Origin: Octopus bimaculoides
Taxonomy: Eukaryota
DNA: 64,000 nt
Reading direction: 5' to 3'
Assembly: GCF_001194135.2 (NCBI RefSeq)
Contig: NC_068984.1
Span: 70,741,727 to 70,805,726 of the forward strand
Shown: positions 25,022 to 37,647 of the stretch, piece by piece
How the letters are laid out: the number at the start of each line of letters is the position of its first letter
How positions within the stretch are numbered: the first letter of the stretch is position 1
Notes under the pieces: model-generated
Databases searched by the model: none
The model's input: the letters and a program-made list of their open reading frames with translations, nothing else
What the model was told of the DNA's origin: nothing
Position numbers and translations under genes: made by a program

Positions 25022-26150
25022 ATCATCATTTAACATCTGTTGTATATGCTGGCATGGGATGGACAGTTTGACCATAGCTGGCTAGCTGGGGTGCTACACC
25101 AGACTCCAGTCTGATTTGGCAACCACTTTATAGAGTGTGCTGGGTGCTTTTAAGTAGCACTGCATAGGTACTTATACATCATGCCACATAGGTGGTTTTA
25201 CCTGGCACCACAGGGGTGCTTTTATGTGAAAATGTTATGAGCACTTTTTATGTGGCACCAGCCCCAAACTCTTGCTTGTCAATCCTCACCACTGGAGGAA
25301 TTGGTCTTAACACTTCTGCTGTAGGGCATGGCTCTTCTTGAGTACAGCAAGGCACCGGGTATCTTGGTTCTTTGTCATCTCGTTTGAACGTTTCAACATC
25401 CTGAGGTCATTCTTCAGCACTTCGACCCATATCTTTCTGGGCCTCCAACTTCCATGTGTTCCATCTGCTTTGAGAGGTTGGCACTTCTCTATGGAACTGT
25501 CAGTGGCTATCTGCATCACATGACCAAACCAGTGCAGTCTTCTCACTTGCACACAGCAACTAATTCCTCTTATGCCTAACTTCTTTCTCAAAGTGCTAGC
25601 ACTCTGTCAAACATGTACACTTACATTATGCATCCAGCAGAGCATACTAGCCTCGTTTCTTCCTAGCCTTTGGATATCCTCTGCATTCAGGGTCCACATC
25701 TCACTACCATGTAGATTTAATGTCCATATACATGCATCATACAATCTTCCTTTCATTTGGAGAGAGAAACCTTCTGCAGGCAACAGAGGTAACAGCTCAC
25801 TGAACTTTCTCCATCCTATTCTTATTCTAGCTATCACATATTCCATGCAATCCCACCCACTACTAATTTTGTCCCTTAGGCAGCAGGAATTATTTACTAC
25901 CTCTAATGAGCTACCAAACCATTTGAGAGAATCAATTTCCTGAGTTCCTATAGTTTTTATGGATCTTGTGCATCTACCACATATGAACACTACCTTCTTA
26001 GATAATCTTCCCATTAATCCACTGCACGTCTTATGTGTCCATAGCTTACACTGGGTACACCATATTGAGTTCCTGCCTACATCTTTCCTACAAATGGAAC
26101 AAGGCCACCTACCTGAAATGGGTAGGGTCTTGTCAGTTTTCTTGCTTACT
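25022..26150 (-). mobile_element. RTE-X LINE 3' portion (PHD finger, RT C-terminus, 3' UTR), 5'-truncated
   Basis: ORF 25607-26150: WPCSICRKDVGRNSIWCTQCKLWTHKTCSG...FICGRC...ARIRIGWRKFSELLPLL...KGRLYDAC...LHGSEMW. ORF 25307-25591: RRLHWFGHVM...RPRKIWVEVLKNDL. The UTR ends gatgttaaatgatgat. Confidence 0.92.
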
Positions 26151-26173
26151 ATGCATGCATATATACAGTTTTT

Positions 26174-26204
<31 letters not shown>

Positions 26205-26247
26205 NNNNNNNNNNNNNNNNNNNNNNNNNNNNNNNNNNNNNNNNNNN

Positions 26248-26289
<42 letters not shown>

Positions 26290-27713
26290 CGATAGATAGA
26301 TAGATAGATAGACAGACACACAGACACACACACACATACATACATATGTATATATACCAATATTGGTTTTTATATTGAGTTATAATAGAAACAATTTTCC
26401 ATTTAACTGAAGGATTACTCAGTCAGTCAAAGTTTTAAACCTGCATAGTCAATGGAACTTATGAGTTCATATTCACTCTGTGTAGTCTCTGGTAAGTTTA
26501 ATATTTCTAGGCAAAATGAAGTTCCATTGAATGATAATTAAGGTTGTAGGGTAAGCTCTGATGAGATATTATAGACGACTAAAGCTGATTAAATTTGGGG
26601 TTGTTTTTATGCTTACAAATCAGTCATGCATGTCTCCATGCAGAGTGAATTGCAGTCAGATGTATGTATTTAGGTCTGTCAGCTGTAGGTCTTGGGGTCG
26701 CCTGTTAGATGCTCACAAAAAAATATATGTAGGAAAAAATGTTAGTCTGTCAACAGATTTCTTTACTTGTTGCTAGTGTTATTTAAATTTTGTTTGTTTG
26801 TTTTTGGAAAGGGAAGGCTGTTGGTCAGAGTTCAGTCAGACAAGCAAGATTTTGTGATTAAGTGTGATTATTTAGGAGTGTCAACCTTAGGTTTTCATGT
26901 ATCAGTATAGAAATTTGTTTATCATGTGCTTTAAGTTTCTCTAAAAGATGTCAGCAGGTGGAAAGGTTAATTGGTTAGTAGATTTCTCAATAAGAATTAA
27001 TTAGTTATGTTATTTAACTATCATTTAGAAAATTTAACCTGTGTGTATCTTAATGTGATAGGGAGGTACCAAAATTGCTCCTGTAATATATTGGTTTTGT
27101 TTCATTGAAATACATTTCTGCTCATGTGCAAACTGGATCAAGACGAAAAGAAATGAGTGATTACATGATATATAATAATCAACAAATATCCAGCCCATCT
27201 TCAACTCTATTTTTGTTGCTGACTTCTTATTTCTTTAGAATTTCTGTAGCTATTATACAATTCCTGATCATTATCTTTACAAGATTTTTCTTTCCTGCTC
27301 ACAGTTTCTTTTTGTCAGCTGAAACTATTAGGAATTGTAAAATCAATAGAGTTATATAGATATGCGGTAAGTTTTGGCGTTGCATTACTTGGTCCAGTCT
27401 TTTTTTTTTTTTACATAAGACTAATTATTTTGTGAAAGCAAAAGGGCACATATTTGATTGCATTGACCTTAGTTTATTACTGGCAATAAGTTGATCAATA
27501 TCCATCAGTTGTAGAAAGATAAAAACCAATAAGGGCAAGATGTTAATTTAGAACATTATCAAATAGAACTAAATATAATATTTTCTGTTTTTAGAATCAA
27601 AGTACTCTGGAGACAACCAATGCCTTTGCATTTTCAGTCTCCTTGTTTTACCAAAAGTAATAAGATTACACAAGCAATATAATACACAAAGACAGACTTG
27701 AGTTACTGTTTAA

Positions 27714-27961
27714 CTCATTAGTATTTCAACAAGCAAAATAAGACCTAAATATAGAAATTGACGAAATCAAACCCAAATATTTTACTTGTTTTAAGTTCAA
27801 AATGACCAGATCTGTCCTCTCACTCCTACCATATAATGTCATTTGAAAGATAAATAATCACTTCATCAAAATATTGAAGTTGTGAGATAAAGCATGATTG
27901 GTTCAAAATAATGTCAATAAATAATCATTACATTTGACAGAGTAATCAGAAAGCTAAAGGG
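27714..27961. mobile_element. piggyBac-type (TTAA) MITE, degraded
   Basis: Left ttaa-ctcattag and right gctaaaggg-taaa form an imperfect short TIR with TTAA-like flanks. Confidence 0.45.
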
Positions 27962-28949
27962 TAAAAAGTTCAATGTTTAAATGTTAAACATTAGTGTGTA
28001 GTTCTTTGCTTTCACTATCCCAAGCACAAGTCTTGCAGATAATAAGTATTATATATATATATATACATATAACATAGCATAGTAACAGGAACACTGTATA
28101 ATTAATGAGTGTGTTATGCGCTTTCACTACTTCTCTCAGTCTCAACAGTGTAATAATAATCCATCTTGGTATGTTTTCATGAAAATCATGTAAACATTTT
28201 ATCAGCTGTGTCACTATAAGCTGTATTCAGTAACATATGGCTATTGAGAAACTATACCATATAATGCTTGCTTTCTTTCAGTTTCCTTTCACACTTACTC
28301 TCTCACACACATACATGAAATTAGGCTTGATTTTAAACAGAAGCTATCACAACTATCCAAACTAGAACATCATGAGTACCATTTTCTCAAAGTGACTAGA
28401 AATATCTTAGGATTCCACCTAACTCAATAAGAAATAGCAAACACAGACCAGTTTATTGCATTATTCCAACTTGAAACTATACCTGAGCAACAAATTTCAG
28501 ACTGTCAATTTTCAAAATTTGATTACATTTAAAAGTTTAATAACTTCTTCACATATAAACATTATAATGGAAACCATTTAAAGAGGTTTGATTCAATAAG
28601 CCATTTAGTTAAAGAGTTTATAATCCTTCTCTCATTTTTCCTATAATCTATGGAAACATCTTGGTGGAAGCTTCTTTTTCAAGAATATTAAGCAAATTTT
28701 AATCCTTTGGAGTTCAACACTACTCAGTCTTATACACAAAAGCGGATGAGATACAAAATAAATTGCAGAGATATTTAAATTCTGTAAAAATAATATCTGA
28801 TTCAACACCATATAAACACTGGAAAAAAAAATCTCTGTGTGTAAATATGTGCGTGTGTGAGTGTATGTGTGTGTGTGTGTGCATGTGTATGAGTGTGTGT
28901 GTATGTGTGTGTATGCACATATATAATCACATACACACATATGTACGTA

Positions 28950-29211
28950 TAGGAATGTGTGATTAAGAAATTTGCCTTGTAATCAGATGGTTTTAGACTC
29001 AATTCTCCAGCATGAAACCTAGGACAAGGGTTTTTTAATATAGTCCTAGGCTGACCTACGTGTTGTGAATGGAATTGGGAGACTAAAACTTGAAGAAAAC
29101 CAACGAATGTATGCCTTGAACATGCATGCTTGTGTGTGTATGTGTGTGTGCATGTGTGCTAACCAAAGCCTTGTGAGTGGATTTGGTAGATGAAAACTGG
29201 AAGAAGCCTGT

Positions 29212-29215
<4 letters not shown>
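28950..29215 (+). mobile_element. CORE-type tRNA SINE(s) running into a (TA)n gap
   Basis: Decayed head and CORE at 28950-29110, then aaccaaagccttgtgagtggatttggtagatgaaaactggaagaagcctgttgtatatat, matching 52620-52680 (reverse complement). Confidence 0.75.
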
Positions 29216-29250
<35 letters not shown>

Positions 29251-29553
29251 NNNNNNNNNNNNNNNNNNNNNNNNNNNNNNNNNNNNNNNNNNNNNNNNNN
29301 NNNNNNNNNNNNNNNNNNNNNNNNNNNNNNNNNNNNNNNNNNNNNNNNNNNNNNNNNNNNNNNNNNNNNNNNNNNNNNNNNNNNNNNNNNNNNNNNNNNN
29401 NNNNNNNNNNNNNNNNNNNNNNNNNNNNNNNNNNNNNNNNNNNNNNNNNNNNNNNNNNNNNNNNNNNNNNNNNNNNNNNNNNNNNNNNNNNNNNNNNNNN
29501 NNNNNNNNNNNNNNNNNNNNNNNNNNNNNNNNNNNNNNNNNNNNNNATACATG

Positions 29554-29587
<34 letters not shown>

Positions 29588-29635
29588 CATGTATATATGT
29601 GTGTGTGTGTGTGTATGTGTGTGTAAGTATATATC

Positions 29636-29850
29636 AGGGTGAGTGAAATGTAAGCAACATTTTCGACCATGAAGAATTTATACTGGATTGCAGAGTTTTG
29701 AATATTTCTTAAACATTTCTTTACAATCATCTGAAATGAAATTGTGAAAGTGCAATATTCGAGTAATTTTGCTATTCAATTTAAAAAAAGGACGTAAAGC
29801 AAATGAAACTGCTAGCGATATCAACGAAACATTTGCCACACGAAATCAGT
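29636..29850 (+). mobile_element. Mariner 5' end with transposase N-terminus
   Basis: TA-tcagggtgagtgaaatgtaag terminus, then MKL*KCNIRVILLFNLKKGRKANETASDINETF, resembling the mariner N-terminus IRxxxLYEFKLGRKAAETARNINxxFG. Confidence 0.7.
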
Positions 29851-30514
29851 CAAAGATGTTGAATACCTCTTGATTTTCTAGAAGCTGGAGACATGGTTTT
29901 GATATTAGTTCTTGAACGAATCAGCCATTGCCCCAATGTAAACGTACAGGCCTCCCCTTGTGTGTACAGTGCCTTTATATACAACATTGATACTCATACA
30001 GAGGTTCATCAATGGGCTTTTTGTTTTTTCTCTGCATGAGCATTTATTAGATTTAGTTGCATTTGTGGTTCCGTGTTTGTGGTTATTACACTGTTGCTAT
30101 GTTGGCCATGTCTCTATTTTTGTTATTATCACTATGTGGCCGCAGTAAGGGATTTTCATTTTGGTTGGTATTGCTTTTCCTGATATTTTTGCTATATTAT
30201 GCATTTCTTTATTTTTGTATTTGAGCCTTGTTATGGATCTTCTATAAGAATAAAGTTGTACTCTTTGATTTGCCATTTCTATATATGAAGACCAAGAAGA
30301 AATCTTGCATAACAGAGTTTATTTTAATGAGACACCTCTTGAAATCACCCAAGGAGACACATCTACACCGAGGGATACACCTAAACCAGTTGTATAGTAT
30401 CCCACCCACAAGAGATCGATACTAGATGGGTCAAAATAATTGTAGTGATCAATAACGATTCTCATGTCTTCCATCTTCTGTCTCTCTCATTAATCACACA
30501 CACACACACACACA

Positions 30515-30860
30515 TCTTGTATCTTTGACTTGTTTCAGTCATAAGACTATGGCAATGATGGGGCACCACATTGAAGAACTTTTAGTCGAATGCGCTGACT
30601 CCAGTACTTATTTTTGAAAAACCTGATACTTATTCTATTGGTCTCTTTTGCTGAACCATTGGATCACAGGGAAGTCACCTAGCTCCAGTTGTCAAGTGGT
30701 GGAAGGGAACAAACACACTAACAAAGACACAAACACGCAGACATACACATAGATATGACGGGCTTGTTTCAGTTTTCATCTGCCAAATGCACTGAAAAAG
30801 CATTGGTCAGTCCACAACTATAGTATTAGACACTTGCCCAAGCTGCATAGTACTTTGGGC
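30515..30860 (-). mobile_element. CORE+Nin composite SINE, degraded
   Basis: gacttgtttcagtca...tacttattctattggtc...gttgtcaag...(CA-rich)...gacgggcttgtttcagtttt...gacacttgcccaag, collinear with 52343-52733. Confidence 0.75.
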
Positions 30861-32929
30861 ATCACTCCTTTGTTAAGAATGTTACCATATATTACCTATC
30901 TTAGCTATTGCAGATTATCGCATAGCATAATGTTCAATCAGTTCTGTATATCTTCTTGTATATCTTCAATGCCAAGTTTAATGAATTTATTACTCCATCA
31001 CAAGTTTTTCTTATCCTTTATTTTCTTTTGTCCTCCCCAAATCCCCATTTTCCTGCCTAGCCTTCTTCTGTTTTTCCATGCTTGATTGAATATTTGAGGA
31101 ACATCTGTAATTATTCTGGTTATCTCAGTTGACTGGCTAGAGTGAGATTCATCTTGAAACAAACAACTTCATGACCAAGATCTTGAAAAACCACATCTGG
31201 CATGCAAATTCCATAACAGCATCCGCTTCGCACAGAGTGCATTCCTCCATGCAGGTTACTGATATTTTCTTTCTTTCTTAAAATAGAAAGTGTAAGGTGC
31301 GGATAATGTCCGTTTTGTCTTTTCCTTTTCAGGGTGATCCCAAGTGTGCAAAATATAATCTCTCTTGTTACTAGTTCACATTGAACGAAGTTAAAATGTC
31401 AAGTATCAAATGAGTGCACATATGCAAGAAATAGACAGGAGTTAGCTATATATTAGAATACTGGAAATGTAGTGACAGCAAACACCAAACGAACATTTAT
31501 GTGTGTGTGTGTGTGTGTGTACAATGAATATTGCAAATTCAAGTGCTAATACTCTATGAAGCAGACATACATGTTGGTCATATCTAAACCAATTATGCTG
31601 TATAAATAACTGTAAAACTAAAAATAAGAATAAAAAATAAGCAGATGTACCAGTCTCTGTATTCATTGCAATTATTATATATATATATGTACATACACAC
31701 ACACACACATTTATATACTCATACATATATACACATGCACACATACATATATGTGGAGATATATGTATCTATATCATAGAACTCTTTTACCTTTTGCCTA
31801 CTGATTTCACTTACAATGTAATGATGAACCCTTATTTGAGGACACCAGCTGTCACTGTTCATTGAGCAGGATTGAACTCCTGCCTCCATGTTTCAAAAGT
31901 GGATATATTTTCTTCCCCACCACGTATGCACCTATTCTTAATCACACAGTCGTGCTTAATCATGTTGTTGAGTCAATGAATATATCTTCTTTAAACAAAT
32001 GATAATATAAATGTTATAAAACTGAGATGATGTTTACCAGAGAAATCAGTGCAGTAGCTAGAGTGAGAAAATCTAAGATGGATAGTTAATCAATTGTATG
32101 AACACATAATAATATTTTGGTGTAATTCACTAGACTTTAGGGAAATAAGATTAATTGTGCCATAGTCTACTAAAAGATATTAATGTCAGTGCAATAAGCA
32201 AATTTCATAGAATGGTTTTTGTCATAATTTTGCTTCACTAATTTGGATACTAGGCACATGCAACATATCAAATCACTAAGAGAAAGTGAAATGATTCTTC
32301 CGGGTTTACCCAGCTCATTGTTCGTAGTATTCAATGCATAACTATTCATATAAGTTATTTATAATGTGATACAATGGTCTTAACTGAAAATAATATCATT
32401 ATCAGATACTAACCAACTGGAATTAGTTACCATGAGAAATAGTAAAGTCAAAGTCATGTAACCATTTAGATGTAGTCTTGATTAGTTAGCAAGCAATACA
32501 TATTAAATAGCTTACTGATCTTTTACAAATCTTATTAGAAGATCTGGTGCATTACAAATGAATAATTATTTACAGGCTTTTGAATCTAAGTGATGGTACT
32601 CATTGAGAAGTAGGATGTGATTAAAGCAAAAGCAAGAATTATTTAGTGAAGTTCTAATAGTTGTTTGAATAATAGAACAATTACAGACGTGACAGGGGAT
32701 AAATCATTTTAACTGATCATTAACTGATCCAACTTATTTCAGCATTTGAAAGAATGAACCAAAAAATTTTAAATTAAAAAAAAAGAAAATACATTTTGTA
32801 CTAGTGTATTTAAGAAATTCACTTACTATCCATATATATTCATGTTCAGAACCCCTGCATAGATTCTTGGACAAATGTCTTTTATTAGAGTCTTGGGTTT
32901 GACCAAAGTCTTGTGATTTAGGTCATGGG

Positions 32930-34760
32930 CTAGTGAGGGTCATGGTGTACCCCACCCTTTGTGATTTACTTTCATGGGTATTTTCATGTTGCCCTGGGTT
33001 TAACAAGTTAGAAAATTGATGTTGCCAGCAAAACAACCGGGATGGAAGATACCCACCATGAACTTTTTGACCCTGTCCACTTTTATAGCTGGAGGCAGAA
33101 AATTAGGGGTATGGAAAATTCAAACAGCACTAATTTTACAACTCATAGCCAAAATATTTCAAATGAGCACTTAAAATGATTGCCCCATCAAGATCTACAA
33201 GTTCATGCAAATGGTAAGCAAATTTGTTCTGTAAAAAGGTCACCGGAGGTTAAAAGGTCACAAACTTTGACCTTTACCTATAATATTTCACATTCACAAG
33301 TTTTATTTATCATCAAGACCATATGATGTTTTTCTTTTTTAAATTAACTGAAACAAAGGTTTATATGTGCTTTTTTTTAATACCAGAAGTAATGTTTACT
33401 CTGTGGAATGTGAGATATTTCTGCACTTTTACATGCTGTTTTGTACGTATTGCTGAATGTGTAGAATAGAAGTAAGGAAAAAAATTAGCAAGGTGTACTG
33501 TGGAATCTTTCCTTGAATTATTGAAAATTACCACAGAAGATGATATTCGAGCTGATTTATAAATTGAAACATCAAATTATGCAAATATTTTCATCAAAGG
33601 TTGTTGAAGTCAAAAGTAAACAAAAGTTGACCCTACCCACAAAATAGCAGTTTGTTATACATGTTCGTTATAAAATGTGCCATATAATTTTAATATTGAA
33701 AAAATGCCAGCCTGTATAATACTTTCTATCTCTCAAGTTTAAACAAAATCCATTTCAAGTGTTGCAGCAGTTACCTTCCTTCCTGGTAGGTATATTTTGT
33801 TGTTGGCACTCCGTCGAGGGTTCCAGTCGATCCGAACAATGGAACAGCCTGCTCGTGAAATTAACGTGCAAGTGGCTGAGCACTCCGCAGACACGTGTAC
33901 CCTTAACGTAGTTCACGGGGATATTCAGCGTGACACAGTGTGACAAGGCTGGCCCTTTGAAATACAGGTATGACAGAAACAGGAAGAAAGAGTGAGAGAA
34001 AGTTGTAGTGGAAGAGTACAGCAGGGTTCGCCACCATCCCCTGCCGGAGCCTCATGGAGTTTTAGGTGTTTTCGCTCAATAAACACTCACAACGCCCGGT
34101 CTGGGAATCGAAACTGCAATACTATGACCACGAGTCCACTGCCCTAACCACTGGGCCATTGTGCCTCCATGGTAGGTATACACACAGAATTAAGACAACG
34201 GATGTATGAGCTTGCTTTAAAGTTGAGTTAGAAATCTCAGTTGAACACCCTTTGGATCATCAAAATTTGAATTAACACATTTCCAGTAAGCATTCATCCT
34301 AATTCTTACCTGGTTGTATCTTATTTTCATGACAGTTATATCTGTTCTTAGTTTCATTAGCTTTGTAATCCACAAATGCCACATAATTGTCAAAGATGAC
34401 AACATTATTTGCGAACCATCTATTACATGCACGAGTCATTTCAAGTGTCCAATTAATAATCATCACCATCACGTTCAGTATCACTGTCCAATCCTACTCT
34501 GTCAAGGAAATCCCTTTCACTAAGTTCATTGTCCCTATCAGGGTCAGAATCTGATAAACAAGTTTCATTTTCAAGTTCTTCCAGAATATCCACCAGCTGA
34601 CGGGCCGACCAAAGCTTTGTAATTGAATTTGGTAAGCTGAAGTTACTGCCACATGTGTACATGTGTGTGTAGGTGCTTGTGCCTCTCCTAGTGAGAAAGA
34701 GGGGGAATCAACTGTATAAAGGAAAAAATATACAAATGTATTAACTTCCATATTCATTGT
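32930..34760 (-). mobile_element. Possible DNA-transposon relic (acidic piggyBac-like N-terminus), interrupted by a SINE
   Basis: ORF 34453-34662: WSARQLVDILEELENETCLSDSDPDRDNELSERDFLDRVGLDSDTERDGDDY resembles acidic N-termini of piggyBac-type transposases. ggtcaccggaggttaaaaggtca motifs occur near 33240. No TIR or TSD resolved. Confidence 0.3.
33795..34169 (-). mobile_element. tRNA-derived SINE with (CAA)n tail and 11-bp TSD
   Basis: Reverse complement of the 40312-40694 family. TSD tggtaggtata at 33784-33794 and 34170-34180. Confidence 0.92.
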
Positions 34761-34891
34761 AATTGTCTTAGACCAAATCTACTAAAATAAAATCTACTCC
34801 CCAGCGGAATAATCGACTTAAGAACATAATATAATGTAAGACTAAAAAATTTTGACTTTATTACCATTACCGATGTATCAATTTATTTTTT

Positions 34892-34942
34892 GTATTCTGA
34901 AGATAATTACCAAAATTAGTAAATTGAAACGATCGTAAACGC
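34892..34942 (+). ncRNA. PLE-type hammerhead relic
   Basis: GUAUU-CUGAAGA-U-AAUUAC(CAAAAUUA)GUAAAUU-GAAA-CGAUCG-UA-AACGC. Core intact, 8-nt palindrome ACGAUCGU, GUA site, stem I with one mismatch. Confidence 0.55.
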
Positions 34943-36596
34943 TACCTTCTTCTTTGTTAATTAATTAAATTAAAGACATACCAGCAAAACTAACAAGTTT
35001 CTCCTTGATATTTACATCCATTTTCTCCTTGTGTATTTATATATATATATATATATATNNNNNNNNNNNNNNNNNNNNNNNNNNNNNNNNNNNNNNNNNN
35101 NNNNNNNNNNNNNNNNNNNNNNNNNNNNNNNNNNNNNNNNNNNNNNNNNNNNNNNNNNNNNNNNNNNNNNNNNNNNNNNNNNNNNNNNNNNNNNNNNNNN
35201 NNNNNNNNNNNNNNNNNNNNNNNNNNNNNNNNNNNNNNNNNNNNNNNNNNNNNNNNNNNNNNNNNNNNNNNNNNNNNNNNNNNNNNNNNNNNNNNNNNNN
35301 NNNNNNNNNNNNNNNNNNNNNNNNNNNNNNNNNNNNNNNNNNNNNNNNNNNNNNNNNNNNNNNNNNTCACACTCCTGAAAATTGTGACTCAGTGTTTATG
35401 GTAAAGACAACAATTAAATTTCATGTTTTCAGTGGGATTTTTTTTTCCTGTCATTTCACAATAAAGCACAGATTTGCTTTATTTTTGTGATTTTCTATTG
35501 CCCTAAGAATATTCCACATATGTCTGCAGTTCCTAGTAATTTTTGGTATATAAGTTCTGGTGTTTTACATATATATTCTTGCATCTTTTCTAATTACTCC
35601 CAAGGCAGCTATTACTCTGGTAATGATTATGTTTAACAATCCCCACATTCAGGATATCTTTACATTCTGATCTATATATTTGAATTATTTCTCCCTTTTA
35701 TGTTGCTATATATTTTTGTATATTAGAAATATCACACACATTGCTGATTCTTTTACTGATTTCTGTTATTGATTCCAGTATATATTTGAGTGTGGTTCTT
35801 TTTTTTTTTACTGATATCTATTGCCAAATCATTAAGTTTACCTTTTTTAACATCAGTTGTTGTTTATTTTCATTTTTATTTTCTTTTGTTTCAGGGGATA
35901 AACCTTAATACAGGCATAAAAACATTCATACACACACACACAAATGCACGCACATGCGCGTGCGCAAGTTTGTGTGTGTGTGATGGCGTGTAGCCATTGT
36001 TTTATTATTTTACTTTTGTAGTGTGTGAATTGTTTGGCAGCGGTGTTGTACAATAAAAAAATCAAACATTTCCTCTTCAACCTTTAGTTCAGACCAGAAC
36101 CTTCGAACCATAGTTGATTTAGTTCTTTCAGTTAAGTCTTGTAGTATACAGTATTTGACATGGATATATTCATGCCTCCATTTTTCTGAATCTAATTATG
36201 ATGGTATTTTAATTAATTTGAGTCGTTGCATAGCTTTGCTATATTTGTCTGATTGTAGATTTAATTTGATAATACAGCTAGTCATTACTGTGATTTTTAC
36301 ATTCAATTTTTGTCATACTTATATTGGTTGTTGGGGCTTTCTCAGACAGTATTTTTATGAGTAGCTGCTCTATTGGATGTCACTGCTTTTTGTTGCTACA
36401 TACGACCTGCTGGGATATGTATACCTATTCTAAAATCCAGTATACACATATTATACTGCTATCTTTTAAACATTTATATTAGTGAGCTGTATAGCAGAAG
36501 TGATGGACCACATTATATGATGTCTTGTATACTCCTGTTTCTTCTACATTTAACACATGACCGTTGCTTTTTCTCTCCAGCTAAACATTTTACACT

Positions 36597-37230
36597 TTAG
36601 AAAATTACTATTTGTAAATCTCACAATGAGAGATATTCAGCAACAGTACTTTGGAGTAAAGATTATTTGCCAACAGAACATAGCAGTCCTGGTTTAGGAC
36701 GAATGTTGCTGTATTTTAGCCCCAGGAGACAGCGTCTCCAGCTGGCTATATGACATAATGTATGTCCTTATATTTTCGAACAAGGGAATCCAGCACCCCA
36801 ACTCAGTTCAAAACAATATTTGTGTATCGTGATTTCAGGGTTATTTCCCTTTATCAGCACAGAATTATTGTTCAGCTAGAGGTGACGCTGCCAAATTTCC
36901 ATTTGAAATATATAGTTTTCAAAGTGACAACTAGTCACTGATCTATAAATTAGAAAATTACTATTTGTAAATCTCACAACGAGAGATTTTCAGCAACAGT
37001 ACTTTGGAGTAAAGATTACAGCAACATTCGTCCTAAACCAGGACTGCTATGTTATGTTGGCAAATAATCTTTACTCCATAGTATTGTTGCTGAATATTTC
37101 TCAATATAAGGACACAGATCATGTTGTATAGCCAGCTGGAGATGATGTCTCCTGGGGCTAAATCACAGCAACATTCGTCCGAAACCAGGACTTCCATGTT
37201 AGGTTGGCAAATAACCTTTACTCCATTTTA
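36597..37230. repeat. Direct plus inverted duplication built from a ~147-bp unit
   Basis: 36597-36665 = 36950-37018 (67/69). 36628-36711 is the reverse complement of 37019-37102. cagcaacattcgtcc recurs at 37019 and 37166 (147 bp apart). Confidence 0.9.
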
Positions 37231-37647
37231 GTATTTGTTGAGTATTGAGGGTGACTAAATCAACTGTTCTTTCTCCACAAAAACAAAACAAACAAAAAAC
37301 ACCTGGCCTTGAATCTACACTGGCCAAAATAAGTTTAATACCGATGATGACAGTTCTATTCCTTCATTAATATATCTTCAACAAAACTGTATAAAATTAT
37401 TTTACTTTTGACAGTTTATGTAGAATTTGTTCCTCTCTTGAATGATATAGGCGTTATATATCTTTCTACAATTTGAATAATTTTAATGTGCAATTAATTC
37501 AAATGATTAGAAATTGTTGGCAAAATAAGTTTAAGTTTAAGACCATACCAAAATTATGCAAATTGATAAACCAAATGGGTTGTCATATGGCTGGTCGTAC
37601 TACACCATTCTGTTTAATAATTGAGCATTGTTACATATTAATTTGCT

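Noticed and set aside
26552-26586. AGCU-CUGAUGA-GAU...GAC-GACUAA-AGCU hammerhead-like string
   Set aside because: The GAAA half-core and cleavage triplet are missing. At most a very old relic.
35930-35990. (CA)n...(TG)n fold-back
   Set aside because: This is a common by-product of alternating purine-pyrimidine microsatellites in this window.
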